From the NCBI RefSeq assembly GCF_009914755.1, contig NC_060936.1: DNA of 64,000 bases. One strand, 5' to 3'. The first letter of the stretch is position 1, and every line of letters begins with the position of its first letter. The position numbers and the translations under genes are program-made. The notes under the pieces were generated by a model, which did no database searches, was not told where the DNA came from, and saw nothing but the letters and a program-made list of their open reading frames with translations. The stretch comes from the human T2T-CHM13v2.0 reference genome, Homo sapiens. This document shows, in pieces, positions 44,048 through 64,000 of the stretch.

Positions 44048-44246
44048 CTCCTTCCTTCCTTCCTTCTTTCCTTCCTTCCTTCCCTCCCTCCCTCCCTCTC
44101 TTCCTCCCTTCCTTCCTCCCATCCTCCCTTTCTGCCTCTCTTTCTCTCTTTCTTTCTCTCTTTCTTTCGTTCTCTTTCTCTCTTTCTTTCTCTCTTTCTT
44201 TCGTTCTCTTTCTCTCTTTCTTTCTTCTTTTCTGTCTTCCTTTTTT
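44048..44246 (+). repeat. (CCTT)n/(CTTT)n polypyrimidine tract, ~200 bp
   Basis: Directly visible. Confidence 0.95.
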
Positions 44247-44505
44247 ACATCAATCTCCTACATGAACCCTTAGGCAGAGGGAAACTATGTGTCTTGATCA
44301 CTTGATATTCCTGCACCTAACGAATTGCCTGACAAATTACAGGCACTCCACAAATACATGGTGAAAGAATGGATAAGCGTGTCTCAGTAACTTCCTAAAG
44401 GGGTTGCTGCTCGTTCCTTATTGTCCAAGAAACAGTTTCTAATCTCATTTTAATGTATGTGCTCTGTGGTATCCAGGCTGCTATTTGGTGCTCAGCAGTC
44501 CTTGA

Positions 44506-44859
<354 letters not shown>

Positions 44860-45039
44860 TGAAGGGAGAGTAATTTACTCATTCAGATCTGACCCGAAAA
44901 AAAGATTTTCCTATTGGGCAAGAACATAATCTCTTCCTGCAGATTGTTACTAGTTTAGAGTGTAATCATTTCTTGTCCTTAAACGAATAATTTTAAATGG
45001 ATTTCAGCCATGTTTGAGTACAATGGATATAATTCCTGA

Positions 45040-46052
45040 CAGTCCTCCTTGACTCCTCCTTCTTCTCCATCTACACTCTTCATATTCCAATCTAACAGCA
45101 TCCAACATTACTAGAGCACTCACGTGTGCCAGGCAATGTACCAGGTGCTGTAAGTCTATTAAGTATTTAGTCCTCACAACAATCCTGGGAGGAAAGTACC
45201 ACTATTATGTCCATTTTACAGATGATAAAACCAAGGCAAAGGTTAATGGACAGGTTCAAAGTCACACAGCTAACAAGGGTCAGGGCCATGACTTATATCA
45301 GAGGGTCTGGCTCTAGAAGCTGCACTCCTAACTGCTGTGGCCTAACCACAATGTTTACACTTAGGTCTTATTAATTTAGCTCCATAAATATCTCCAGAAT
45401 TTTCCTGTTTCTCTACTTCTCTGCTACCACCACCCTAGTCTACATTACAATCACCTCTTGCCTGAGCTGGATAATGGTTTCCATGGATCCACTCTTGCCA
45501 CTTGACAAATAAAGTGCTTTTTGAAAAATGCAAATCTGATCAAGTCATACTCAAACTCAGAATACCCAATTGCCTCCAAATTTTCTTAGGCTGGCTTACA
45601 AGATATTGCAGAATACAGTACCTGTTTATGTCTGCAGCTTCTTCTTCACTCTCCTTTTTTCTCCTCTGAGCCCCAACCACACTGTCTTTCTTTCAGTTTC
45701 TTGATTAGACCATAGACCTTTCCACCACAGAGCCTTTGCACATGCTGTGCATTCTGCTTTGAAAGCTCCTCCACTTTTTCACCTTCAGATCAAATGTAAT
45801 GCTCCCAGTGGGAAGCCTTCCATGATTCCCCAAAATAGGGCAAGTTCATCTATTAAAGGTTCTTGTTAGCACCCTGCATTTTTCCCTCATAAACTTAACA
45901 CAGTTTGTAATCATGTATACCCTGCTGTGTGATAATTTCACCAGTGTCTTTTTCCCCACTGCTCTTCACGTCTCCTTGCCTTCCACTCTTTCACTGACAC
46001 CTATCACATGTCCCAACACTCAATCAGAATTAATTACTAGATTCATGAATGA
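45040..46052. mobile_element. L2 relic with a nested MIR (~45105-45340)
   Basis: MIR core ccattttacagatgataaaaccaaggc...aagtcacacagcta; L2 phrases gcaaatctgatcaagtca and agagcctttgcacatgctg. Confidence 0.65.
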
Positions 46053-46523
46053 AAAAAATCTGTTTCTGGAAGTATAGGCAGAATTCTCCATACTTACGTA
46101 CTTAAAAGCAGTATCAGGCAAATTTAAATGATTAAGCATGAGTAAAATGTTGAAATGTCACAGTTTAAAAAATAATGGAGTTTTCTTATAAGAGAAAAGA
46201 GAGAATATTTGGAAAGAATTAAGGAGGGAAAAGAGAAGAAGGAAAAGGACAATGCAGAGACACATTCAGTGCTTTGCATCCACCCCCTAGCATGTAAGAC
46301 GGTTGAAAACATTTTGTCAGGACAATCTCTTCCTTCCAAGAGAAATCCCTTCCTTCTGGAGCTGATGCATTTCTATCTTGAGTCAAGCATCTCCATAGAT
46401 AACAGTATCATTAGCAGTTAATTTTCAAGTTAAGGAATTGAGGAAGAGGAGAGACAAGATTAAGTGTTATAATGAAATCTATTTTTCAATTAATGTGTCT
46501 TGTTTAAGAGTTTACTAGGTCTA

Positions 46524-46857
<334 letters not shown>

Positions 46858-47837
46858 TCATGATTTTCAAGCAGTCTAATGTTGTTAGCATTCACTGCAG
46901 CTTTTGAGGTGCCAAAACAACTTTCGTTGCACCACCACAACTTTGCCTCTGAAATAGACTCTGCGGAAGTAGGTCCTTGCCACCTGACCCAGCCTTATCA
47001 TCGAACCCTCAGAACCAAAATGTTATGCTCCAGTGGCATCACAGCCCCCACACCATGCTGTGATTTGCTTCTCTTCCAGTGCTGATATTGTCCCCCACTC
47101 CTCTCTCATCCTCAATGACTCAATCAGGTGTCATCATGCCAAGGATTCTTAAGCTCCCACCCTCCTAGGTCGTGTTAGATATTTCTCCTTAATTCTCCTT
47201 GAATGCCCTATATATATTTATGACTACATTTGTCATACTTCATTTCATAGTAATTTTCTGTGTTTGCATCTGTTTCTCCTCTTTACACAGCCTGACTAAA
47301 GTGGAATTGTGTTGTTTTCATCTTTGAGCTCCAGACCCTAGCACACTGTTTGGCCATCAACACTCAATAAAAGTCTGCAGGTTTTGCTTGCTGCCGCTTT
47401 TGTGTAGTTTTATTTACTTAGAGTCCACCTTTTTTAGACATTATTTGAAACTATTTACAGCTATCCACAGGTTAGTGAGATGATAGCACAATTCTGAAGT
47501 AAGGTTAAAAAAAAAAGGGATAAAACTTAACCAAGCATGAGGTTGAAGCTGAATATGAATTTAGCTAAAATTCCTTAAAAATCAGCCTCAAAATTTGCTC
47601 CTAATTTTCTATTAGTCCACATGAAACAAGATATTATTTATTTTATTCCAGTCTCAATGTTCACCAATAAAATCAGTTTCTTAGTAGATACTGCTTTTAT
47701 CTGCTTAGTAGATACTGCTTTTTTAAACAGAATTTTGGGTGTCCAAATGCATTTTTATTACTAAAATTCAGATGATCTTACTATTTGTTACTCAGTTTGA
47801 GGCACCTGAGGAAAGTGTTTAAAAGTCATTTAATTTT

Positions 47838-48119
47838 ATTTATTTTTTGAGACAGGGTCTTGTTCTGTTGCCCAGGCTTGAGTGCAGTGGTTCAACTGCA
47901 GCCTTGACCTCCCAGACTCAAGTGATTCTCCCGCCTCCACCTCCCAGGTAGCTGGGAATACAGGCACGTGCCACCATGCCTAGCTAATTTTTGTATTTTT
48001 TGTAGAGACAGGGTTTCACCATGTTGCCGAGGATGGTCTTGAACTCCTGAGCTCAAGCAATTCACCTGCCTTGGCCTCCCAAAGTGCTGGGATTACAGGT
48101 GTGTGCACCACGCCTGGCC
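47838..48119 (-). mobile_element. AluJ
   Basis: Dimer; TSD taaaag(t/c)catttaattt. Confidence 0.9.
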
Positions 48120-48161
48120 TAAAAGCCATTTAATTTTAAGGTGATATATAAATACACTATT

Positions 48162-54313
<6,152 letters not shown>

Positions 54314-56595
54314 ATAAATACACTATTGAGCTTACAACATACTCAAAATTAACATACAGTAAAAAAGTCTTCTTATATGTCTATATGGATATTACCTAAA
54401 TATAATACTTAGGTTTAATATTGACTTTTTAATATCAAAATATGTTCTGTTAATATACAATTTATTAAAAGTCTGCTTGCGTCAAGCACTGTGCTAGCAA
54501 CCTTCTCTCCCATCCCCACCACATACTAATATTAGGGATAGAAACAAAGTGTAATAAATTTTTAAATTTTAAGTAAGCAGCTGGCAATATCTCCTTGCAA
54601 AGCCCTTGGCTAATCTATATGTGTTATTTTTGTCACTGTTAAAAATATCCTGGGCACTGTTCTAAGAATTACGTAGCTGATTAGAAATGACCATTAAGTT
54701 TTCAGCATGACTTGAAAGCACCAGCTGCCTAGTGTCAGGTGAGAGTCACAATTTCCAGGTGGCCATGGAGTTTCTCACTGCTACAAGGGTGTGCCCAGCA
54801 ACCATCAATGTTTTGAGATGCGAGCAGCCAAATACAATGTCAATAGAGCAAACAAGACATAGCTTGGGAAATGAATTTTCATCACCTTCTGATTGTTTAT
54901 TTTTTCTTTCAGTAGAAAAAATTTCTGTATTATGCAACCCTTCTACACCTTAGGCTTTTCTGCTTTTACCCCAAACTATATTCATCTCAGAATAATCTTA
55001 TCACCTTTATGTTTGTTCTTCTCTGATCCCTAGTAATAAAATTTATTGGCTATTCAAAAATAGATTTAATTAAATCTATCTTCTAGGGATGCAAGATTTT
55101 GTTTTTCCTCCATATTACTCAGCTAAATTTATTGGTTTTGACATTGTGAAATCTGTCTTTTATTCTACGGGCATAGATAAATTAATACAGATCATTTAAA
55201 GAGAATGATGGCCCTTCCATCACTAACTTCTATGGGTTTCAAGTATATAGTTTAGAAATCAAGAAACCTATGTCTCAATGCTAGACTCAAATTATCCTGA
55301 AACACAATATCTACTCAGAAACAGCCTGTTCCAAGGGCTTTTAATGGGAAACAGATTTACTACAACTAACACTTATTATGTGTTACACAATGAAAATGTC
55401 TTATATAGTGTAACATTTAATAGAATCTCAAACTTTCCAAAGGGAAAATTACTTGATCTTGAAGAAGCTTTGTGAACTCTAACTTGTACAAACAACAGTA
55501 AATAGATCTTATAATCTAATGACCTGATCAGCATGGGTTTCTTTACTTTGTGATCTAGTCAGGAACTTTGGGGAAAAAAATCATCACCAGAACATTAAGA
55601 GTGCTTGTAAAGGACATTTCATAAAAGAATAAAGTTGTGATTGTTATTTTTCCACAGTGTAGAAAGATGAAAAAAACAAAGAAACAAGGTGACAAAATTA
55701 ATCTACCAGAATTTCTGAAGATTTCAAGGTCCTTGCTATAATTTTTGACTTTGAATGGAATTTCTGACATTTATTTTTATAAAAAGTTTAATGAACAATT
55801 TGTTCAGCGGATCCAAAAGCCATAAATTATAAAAAGTATATCCTAAAATGTTCTCTTGCATCTGCTTAGGTTTTACCATGCTTCCTCCCACCAACCACCA
55901 CCCCCTTAACTCTAAAAAAGTCCCCAGACTTTTTTGCTGTCTTATCGTTTCTTGTTGTTTATACAATAAAATATAAAGTATATAATTTTTCTCCCTCCAT
56001 TTTTCTGCATGCTGCTCTTTTCATGGGCCAATACATCTTTCTGTAATGATATGTGGAGAGCATGCTCATTCTTTTATACAATGGAGTAGCATGCTATTAA
56101 ATGAATAAGTATACTTTTTAACAGTCTTCTGTGGATAGACATTTCCATTGTTTACTGTCTTTTGCTGTTGTAAGCAATGTGGTCTGACTAAAGTAGAACA
56201 TACATCAAGTTGTTCTTGTGCTACTGGTAGGATTAATTCTCAAAAATGGAATTTCTGAGTCAAAAGGCACGTACCTTTTCATTTTGATAGATGTGGCAAA
56301 ATTCCCATCCATGAGGGTTAGACCAATTTATGCTCTTTCCAGAAATATATGAGTTCTATTACCCCACAATGAATGGAGTGCATTATCAAACATATATATA
56401 TTTTTCCTATTCTCTTTGGTGAAAAATGGTATATCAGTATATCCTTTTAATTTTCACTTCTTATAAATGGAGTTAAGGATTTTTCACATTTAAGAATCTT
56501 TTATATATTTAATAACAATTTGCTTCATATTCAATGAATGTCTATTTATCTCTCTGATTTTTTTTTTTCTGTGACATTTAAAAAATCAAGGCTGG

Positions 56596-56892
<297 letters not shown>

Positions 56893-56899
56893 AAATCAA

Positions 56900-57197
56900 G
56901 GCCAGTCACAGTGGCTCATGCCTATAATCCCAGCACTTTGGGAGACTGAGGAGGGAGGATGGCTTGAACCCAGGAGTTTGAGAGCAGCCTGGGCAACATA
57001 ACAAGACCTTATCTCTACAAAAGTAAAATTAGCTGGGCATAGTGGCACACACCTGTGGTCCCAGCAACTTGGGAGGGTAAAGTGGGAGAATAACTTGAGC
57101 CCTGAAGTTGAGGCTTCAGTGGGTTATGAATCGAGCCACTGCACTCCAGCCTGGGTGACAGAGTGAAACTCTCTTCAGATTAAATAATAATAATGAT
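56900..57197 (+). mobile_element. AluJ
   Basis: GGAGGATGGCTTGA, CTGGGCAACATA diagnostics. Confidence 0.88.
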
Positions 57198-57897
57198 AAA
57201 TTTAAGAATCTAAGAATTCTTTATACAACAGGGAGGCTCACCTTAGCCTGAAATATAAGTTGATGTTTTTTCTCCAAGTTGTTGTCATCCGTTGACTTTG
57301 CTTGTGTTATGTTTTCAGGTAAGAAGTTCTCTTTTTCAGTGGTTAAATTGAACCAATCCTTTCTTTAATGGCTCTAGATATGGAGAAAAAAGCTCCTCAT
57401 AACATCGAGGTAATGACAAAAATGTACATATTTTCTTTTAGAATTTATACAGGTTTTTTTCTGCATGTAAATCCTTGATCTATTTAGATTTGTCCTGGTT
57501 TAGGGTATGGATGTGTATATTACATTTTTTTCTAGTCATGAATTTGGGTTATTTATAATCATTTTCACTTAAATCCTGTCTTCTAAATTGTCTCCATGAA
57601 ATGTCTGTCAGTTCACAAAGACTGACTTTTCAGAAAACTTAGGCACTTTGAATTTTACTACCATATTGTTTTTATGATGATAACGTACGTGTGTAGGGCT
57701 TGACAACTTATAAAGACATTTTCTACATATTATCTCATTTATATCCTTACTTATTACATTTTAAAGTAAAGAATCTGACACTCTGATCACTTGGATTTGG
57801 AGAAAAAGAGCTATGACATTAGAAATGTAACATTTGAACACAAGTATAGCACTCTGCCTCCTATACTAGACGTATAAATGCCATGTTGGTACACATG

Positions 57898-58335
57898 TGT
57901 AGTAGGTCATTCTTGCATTGCTGTAAAGAAATACCTTTATATACATTATAAAGGTAATGTATAAAGAAAAGAGGTTTAATTGGCTCACAGTTCTGCAGGC
58001 TTTACAGGAAGCATGGTGTTGGCATCTAGTCAGCTTCTGGGGAGGCCTCAGGAAGCTTATAAACGTGTTGGAAGGCAATGAGGAAGGAGGCATGTCACAT
58101 GGCCAGAGAAGGAGCAAGACAGAGACTGGCAGGGGGAAGTGCCACACACTTTCAAATCGCCAGATCTCATATGAACTCAGAGTGAAAGCTCACTTATCAC
58201 CAAGGGGATGGCCCAAGCTATTCATAAGGGATCTGACCCTGTGATCCAATCACCTCCCAGCAGGCCCCACCTCTAACATTAGAGATTATATTTCAGCATT
58301 AGATTTGGGCGGAGATGAATATCCAAATTATAGTG
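57898..58335 (-). mobile_element. MST solo LTR (MaLR)
   Basis: ttgcattgctgtaaagaaatacct...aaagaggtttaattggctcacagttctgcaggc...atccaatcacctccc..caggccccacctc. Confidence 0.88.
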
Positions 58336-58842
58336 ACATTAATATGTTTTGTTGCTGTGAAGACCTGGACTATGTCTGCTGTCTTCCCACCATAACAACT
58401 AGAAGAGTTACTTATACCAAACAGATACTCAATAAGCATTTGTTTACTGGCTAATTTAATGTGTTATGGCTTCCTCTAATAATTGTCTGCTTAATTTTAC
58501 TCATAGAGACCTCTTTGTTCCAAAATGGGATAAGAATTCCTGCTTTATATTCATCTCTCAGTTTTCTAATGCAATGACTAGTATTTCTATGTGGGAGCTC
58601 CAATAATAACAGGAATCAGGTTGAGCCAGATACTAGAATGGAAAAGATAGAGATTTTCCCTTGAAAGGTCCACATTACACCTAAAAACACTTCACTGTGT
58701 CAGAGCTCAGATACAACTGGAGGCGTTTATTATATAGCTGTTGGAAGACTGATGCCAGGGAGTAAAACAGGTCGTGGAAAAGACTACTGATTTGGTGTCA
58801 GGATTTGAGAATTCCAGTTCCAGCTCAGCCATGAGAGATGAC

Positions 58843-58888
58843 ATCTATCATCTATCTATCTATCTGTCTATCTATCTATCTATCTGTC
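58843..58888 (+). repeat. (TATC/TGTC)n microsatellite
   Basis: Directly visible. Confidence 0.92.
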
Positions 58889-60529
58889 TTTAAAAATCAC
58901 CCACTTCTATTTCCCCTTCAATGTCTGGAAATGCCTTTACTTTCTTGTGGGTTTCATCCCTTCCACCACTCTCAATTCATGGGCATTGGCTCCAGAAAAA
59001 ACAAGTCATCTATCAATGAGAGCAATGCATTGCTCAGGCCATTGACATAGGTTCAATGATGTACATCTTATTCAGTCAGAGCCAGTAAGATGCAGTGAGA
59101 TATTTTCTGGAGTTTCTAGGAAAGCAGAGGACAGTATTCTATTAGATCTGAACAAGAGAAGATACAATTCTGGAATTGCTATAGACAAGTTGCTACTATA
59201 TAGAACCTGAGAATTAAATAAATGTACAGAGGAAAAAAGTTAGAGTTGGAGAAAAACTGCATACTTCTGATGACATCGATTGTTTTATCCTTGAATACGG
59301 TGTTGGTTAATGTCAGTTCCATTCCTAAGCTTTTCAGCTAGTTGCACCACTAAATTCCACCTTTCTTTGTTTTAGCCACTTTGCAGGAATACTCAGCAAT
59401 AGATCCACAAAAGTACTTGGGTATCAATTTCTCTTCTGTAAAATAACTTGGACAAAAGTCACTTCTGCTTCTAAAATCATATGAGATCAAAGTACCTTCA
59501 TGGATAAACTATCAGTGTCTGTCTCATTCAGTACATCGTTTTTGCATTTTGGATATTGACCCATGGAATATCTGGATCCATGTATTGACTAGCCAGGTGT
59601 TACTAGGCGTCTGCTCTATTCCTAAGGAATGTTATTAATTCCATTTTTCACGTTTCCCCAGACGGTAAGAAAATACAAGTGTTCCAACTGAATGTGTGAG
59701 GATTCAAGTCTTTTTTTTCTTGATTTTATAGCATCTTATTTTGTTATTTATCGTTCAAGTATATGCCCTCAATTAGATAAAAAGTTATCTAACAGGTACT
59801 GTGCCATATAGTTGGGAGTATATCATTTAGAATTAATTGGTTAGCTGAGACAGATACCTAAAATAACAGTGATAGCAGTTTATTTCCTCCTAATATAAAA
59901 AGCAATTAGGAGGCAGGCAGTCAATAGCTGGTACAGGCAGCTGCATGCAAACTGAAAGCCCAGCCTTCTTCCAGCTCTTGGCTCTGCCATCCCAAGGTTC
60001 TGCATTTCTGTCCATGGTCCAAGATAGCTGATACATTTGAGACTGTGGTCTTCCCATTATTTTGGCATTAAAATGTCTTTTCTTTTGTATGATAGTAGAA
60101 AATGGTAGTTTTTTCTCCATGTGCTTATTTGGCAAAATGAAAAGTTGGCAAAGTTGTGTTTGTGCTTCTTAACCTACACACGTCTATTCCCCCTTTTAAA
60201 CAGTTTAAATAATTCTAAACTGATCCATGAAATTCAAGGTTGGAAACTATTGGCTTATTGCAAATTCAACATTCACGTAGAAACTGAAACAATGAAATAG
60301 AAGCATATATTAAATTAACCCTCCTCCTTACATCTAGATAGTAACTTTGGAAATATGATATAAAAAAGGAATTTAATAACTGTATCCATCTCCCATTCTG
60401 TAATATAGAAATAATAGCACCCTCATAATATGCTGGAGCATTAAAAAATTTCAATATTATTCTAAAAAGATACAAAAATTTGACAGTAAGTTTTTCTGCA
60501 TTATAGTACACTGTGCTTAAGAGAAAGGA

Positions 60530-60815
60530 TTTTTTTTCCCCCAAGACGGGGTCTCGCTCTGTTGCCAGGCTGGAGTGCAATGGTGCAATCTCAGCTCACT
60601 GCAACCTTTGTCTCCTGGGTTCAAGAGATTCTCCTTAGCCTCCCGAGTAGCTGGGACTACAGGGGCATGCCCCCACGCCCAGCTCATTTTTGTAATTCTA
60701 GTAGAGATGGGGTTTCACATGTTGGCCAGGATGGTCTCGATCTCTTGACGTCTTGATCCACCCACCTCTGCCTCCCAAAGTGCTGGGATTACAGGCATGA
60801 GCCACTGCGCCCAGC
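60530..60815 (-). mobile_element. AluS (Sc-like)
   Basis: Dimer; TSD aagagaaaggattt. Confidence 0.9.
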
Positions 60816-60942
60816 AAAGAGAAAGGATTTTAAAGCTAATTGCCTAGGTTGAATCCTGATTCTGTTATTTGGTGGCTATTACCTGTGTGCCTCTTTATGT
60901 CTCAGTTTCCTCATCTGTAAAATGAGGATACATACTTTAGAG

Positions 60943-61157
60943 CAGTGGTTCTCAATCAAGGGTGATTCTCCTCACCCCTTCCCAGGGGATATTTGGCAAG
61001 GTCTGCAGACATGTTTGGCTACACCTTGTCGGCAGCGGTGTGTGACTGGCATTGGTTGGGTAGATGCTGCTAAACAGCCTACAATGCGCAGTTCAGCCCC
61101 CACTACATAGAAACATTCAACCCAAAAGGTCAATAGTGTTGAGGTGAAGAAACACTA
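60943..61157. mobile_element. MER20 nested in a MIR (~60840-61240)
   Basis: CAGTGGTTCTCAA start, gatgctgctaaacagcctacaatgc core; MIR core ctcagtttcctcatctgtaaaatgagg directly upstream. Confidence 0.85.
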
Positions 61158-61920
61158 CCTTATAGGATAGTTGGGATGATTTAGCTAAGTTAACATCTAT
61201 GAAGCACTTGGAACAGTAAGCACTACTTAAATGTTAGCTACCATGATGACCAAGCTATGTGCTAAGAGTTTTACATAATTTTCTCATTTAAACAACCCAT
61301 ATTGAAGAGGTGTTGTTATCATCACTGTTTTATAGGTGAGGAAAATGAGAATTAGGAGTGATTAAGTAGTTAACTTGACTAAGATCACAGTTAATCAATG
61401 ATAAGGCCAGCACTCAAGTCCAGGTTTATATGACACCAAAACTCATGTTTTAAACACTACCTAAATTGACCCCTACATATGACATGTAAATTTGGAACTC
61501 TTTGTTAAAGGAAGTCTACCTAAGTTTCCCTGTAAATTCACATGTTATGCTATCTCCAAGTAGCCTCAATCTGAATAATCCAGACCAAACTTTCATTTTC
61601 CTTCATTATTAAATAGAATTCTAACAAAGTTTCCATTTTAGGGGTTCTTCCTTTTAAAACGGGCTTCCTTTGTAAATGTCATATACATTGACATCCGTTA
61701 CAACTTCTTCAGTTATAACCTTAAAAAGATAATCATATTCTCAGGACAACAACAACAAACCGTGGCACCTGTTGCAAAAAAGAATTTTTGTCTCATCCAG
61801 AGGGAGGAGTGTAGATGATGTTGGAATTTAGGGACATTTATGACGTGTGGTAAGAATGACTTGGCAGACTGACTGAAATCTTTCAGGAATCATTAAGGAA
61901 GGAATCCCAGAAACAGAAGC

Positions 61921-62119
61921 ACACTACAATAGTTAATTTTATTTGTTCAAGAGCTCAGATTGCAAGCATTAAACCAAGCATAGGCTTTGATTCTGTGAGC
62001 CCAAATTCACATATTGAAGAAGATCAAAGCAAACTGTGATCCATGTACATGGATGAAAACTAAAGGCTCGAGTTAATCACATTGTAGTTTTTAAATTTCT
62101 ACAGCCTAGAGCTCACTAG
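61921..62119 (-). other. LDHB: LDHB 3' UTR
   Basis: Between the stop codon and the poly(A) signal; cleavage site estimated ~17 nt past AATAAA. Confidence 0.8.
61938..61943 (-). terminator. LDHB polyadenylation signal AATAAA
   Basis: tttatt on + strand; GT/T-rich tract downstream on the minus strand (gcttctgtttctggg). Confidence 0.88.
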
Positions 62120-62122
62120 TCA
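62099..62122 (-). other. LDHB: LDHB stop-codon readthrough extension (LDHBx): TGA CTA GTG AGC TCT AGG CTG TAG = X-LVSSRL*, PTS1
   Basis: UGA-CUAG readthrough motif followed by an in-frame C-terminal SRL tripeptide. Confidence 0.95.
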
Positions 62123-62287
62123 CAGGTCTTTTAGGTCCTTCTGGATGTCCCACAGGGTATCTGCACTTTTCTTGAGCTGAGCAACCTCATCATCCTTTAG
62201 CTTCTGGTTGATAACGCTGGTTAATCCCCGGGCATTGAGGATACATGGAAGGCTCAGGAAGACTTCATTCTCAATGCCATACATCCC
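62120..62287 (-). CDS. LDHB: Lactate dehydrogenase B, last coding exon ([21 protein letters not shown]...DLKDL*)
   Basis: LDH-B C-terminus; acceptor ggcag|GGGATG; TGA at 62122-62120. Confidence 0.98.
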   Translation of the reverse strand, partial: GMYGIENEVFLSLPCILNARGLTSVINQKLKDDEVAQLKKSADTLWDIQKDLKDL

Positions 62288-62348
62288 CTGCCAGAACAAC
62301 AAAGCATCGAGATTAAGACATGAAACTGTAAGTAAAAATGATCAAAGA

Positions 62349-62478
62349 CAGGAGGCTGAGGTGGGAGGACTGTTTGAGCCCAGGAGTTTGAAGCTTCAGT
62401 GAGCTATGACAGCGGTACTACTCTCCAGCCTGGGTGACAGAGCAAGAACTAATCTCTAAAGGGGGGAAAAAAGAGAAT
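62349..62478 (+). mobile_element. Alu right-arm fragment (AluJ/FRAM) in the last LDHB intron
   Basis: caggaggctgaggtgggagga...cagcctgggtgacagagcaaga. Confidence 0.8.
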
Positions 62479-63648
62479 AATCAAAGGTCCGATGTTCCAA
62501 CAGAAAGAATTGTAGAAAACTTGATAGGCCTGAACTCATTCCCTAATCTAATTTTCATCACTTACAGGTCCACATTTCCCCAATACTTATGTTTTGAATT
62601 AGGTTTTATACATAGAATATGCAAACATACACTATGAGAAAATTAGATATTTGTAAGTAACAAGTACTTATTTAATTTTATTATATATGTATTTTATTGA
62701 ACACTGCTCTATTTAAATACACTTTAATAAATTTTGATATATGAGTCTTCAAATTAAATTGCTTTTAATTGTGGTTCTTAATGGATTACTTTCTATGAAA
62801 TTTTAAGTTGCTTAAAGACTTTTAGTTAGGAAGAAATTTCAGGTGGTAGCCAACTTATGAGGTCCTGGGTAATAGTTAGAGACCATTAAAAGGCAAGATG
62901 CTTGGAATACCCAAGAATTGCTAAAAAAAAAAAAAAAAATACAATTTCCAAAACACTTTACCAGTTCGTGTGGGTAATTTATTCACAGGGTCAATTTAAC
63001 TATATAACTAATTATATTAAACATACCTTAATGTCAGTTTTTAAACTTTTAATTTCAAAAATTTTGTACATACACAAAAGTAGATAGAATAAACAAATTC
63101 CTATGTATGTACCCAAAGACTCAGTAATTACCCAATTATTGACACACTTGATTTACACTGACTTGTGGAAAATGAGTCAGTTGTCTTACAAAATATTTTA
63201 ATATAATTTTAGTTTTGTTTAAAAAATCATTAATTTCTACCTGTTTTGTGCATTTGCTCCATAGCTTTTGAATTAAACTGTATTTGCTAAGGTATCAAGT
63301 GCTATATGAAAGGCAATCTAGAGTTTAGTACATCAACTTTAAATGAAACTCTATTACACTTATTCAAATGATCAATACTTTAAGAATGTGCTAAGATTCA
63401 GAGTTAATATTTAATTTGCAAAATTATATAAAGAATGACAACAATCTATTGAATGTCTTAGATTCTCTAAGTTTTCTGCCCTTGCTGTCCAAGACTTCTG
63501 TTGGAAAATGAGAATAGTTTACATAAAACTTTGAGAGACAGAAATAACCTTGAACTATGATTTTATCTGGTCTGAGCCTCTTTAAATGAATCTTTTTGTA
63601 GAATACAATGCTAGAAATCATATTACATTTTGTGGTAGTTTGTCTTAC

Positions 63649-63772
63649 CTTTACCATTGTTGACACGGGATGAATCCTGGATAGATTTTTCAACATGGAT
63701 TCAATAAGATCAGCCACACTTAATCCAATAGCCCAGTTGGTATATCCTTTTAGCTTGATGACTTCATAGGCA
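63649..63772 (-). CDS. LDHB: LDHB penultimate exon (124 bp; [41 protein letters not shown])
   Basis: LDH motif KGYTNWAIG; tttaag|TGCCTAT acceptor and GTAAAG|gtaaga donor. Confidence 0.98.
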
Positions 63773-64000
63773 CTTAAAAAAATTATAAAAGACATCACTG
63801 AAATAAGACTCAATCATTATTGAAACCAGACCTGACTTTGACTACTGCTCTGTCTCTAACTATAATCTTGGGCAAATTATTTACCCTTTATTGCCTTAGT
63901 GTTCCCTTTTTGAGTGTTAAATGAATTAATATATATGTAAAATGCTTAAAACTGTAAGCACTACACAGTAAACACTATATAAATGCTTGATAACTTTAGT

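Noticed and set aside
44004-44273. Leu/Ser/Phe-rich membrane-like ORFs (also Lys/Arg-rich 39268-39501)
   Set aside because: Simple-repeat translations

Overview
Human/primate genomic DNA matching the GYS2-LDHB interval (12p12 by established knowledge). Both genes are on the minus strand. The left half holds GYS2 (liver glycogen synthase) coding exons 1-4 (121, 182, 192, 183 bp, all GT-AG and in phase), its 5' leader and promoter, and a 23.9-kb intron 1 filled with nested transposons: an LTR2 solo LTR, an internally deleted HERV-L/MLT2A provirus and a THE1 LTR inside one L1, and an L1MA>MST>L1PB nest. The ~30-kb intergenic region contains a full-length dead L1PA, an AluYb8, a tailless U2 snRNA retropseudogene, and many Alu/L2/MIR/MER relics. 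The right end holds the last two LDHB exons, including the known UGA-CUAG readthrough extension ending in the peroxisomal signal SRL. I find no convincing new multi-gene system. The best candidates for something under-described are (i) a single 34-codon uORF in the GYS2 leader that is in frame with the main ORF and separated from it by only one TGA, (ii) two candidate hepatocyte enhancers in GYS2 intron 1, and (iii) several fold-back/templated repair scars. Repeat subfamily names and transcript ends come from recalled consensus sequences, not from a search, and are approximate.
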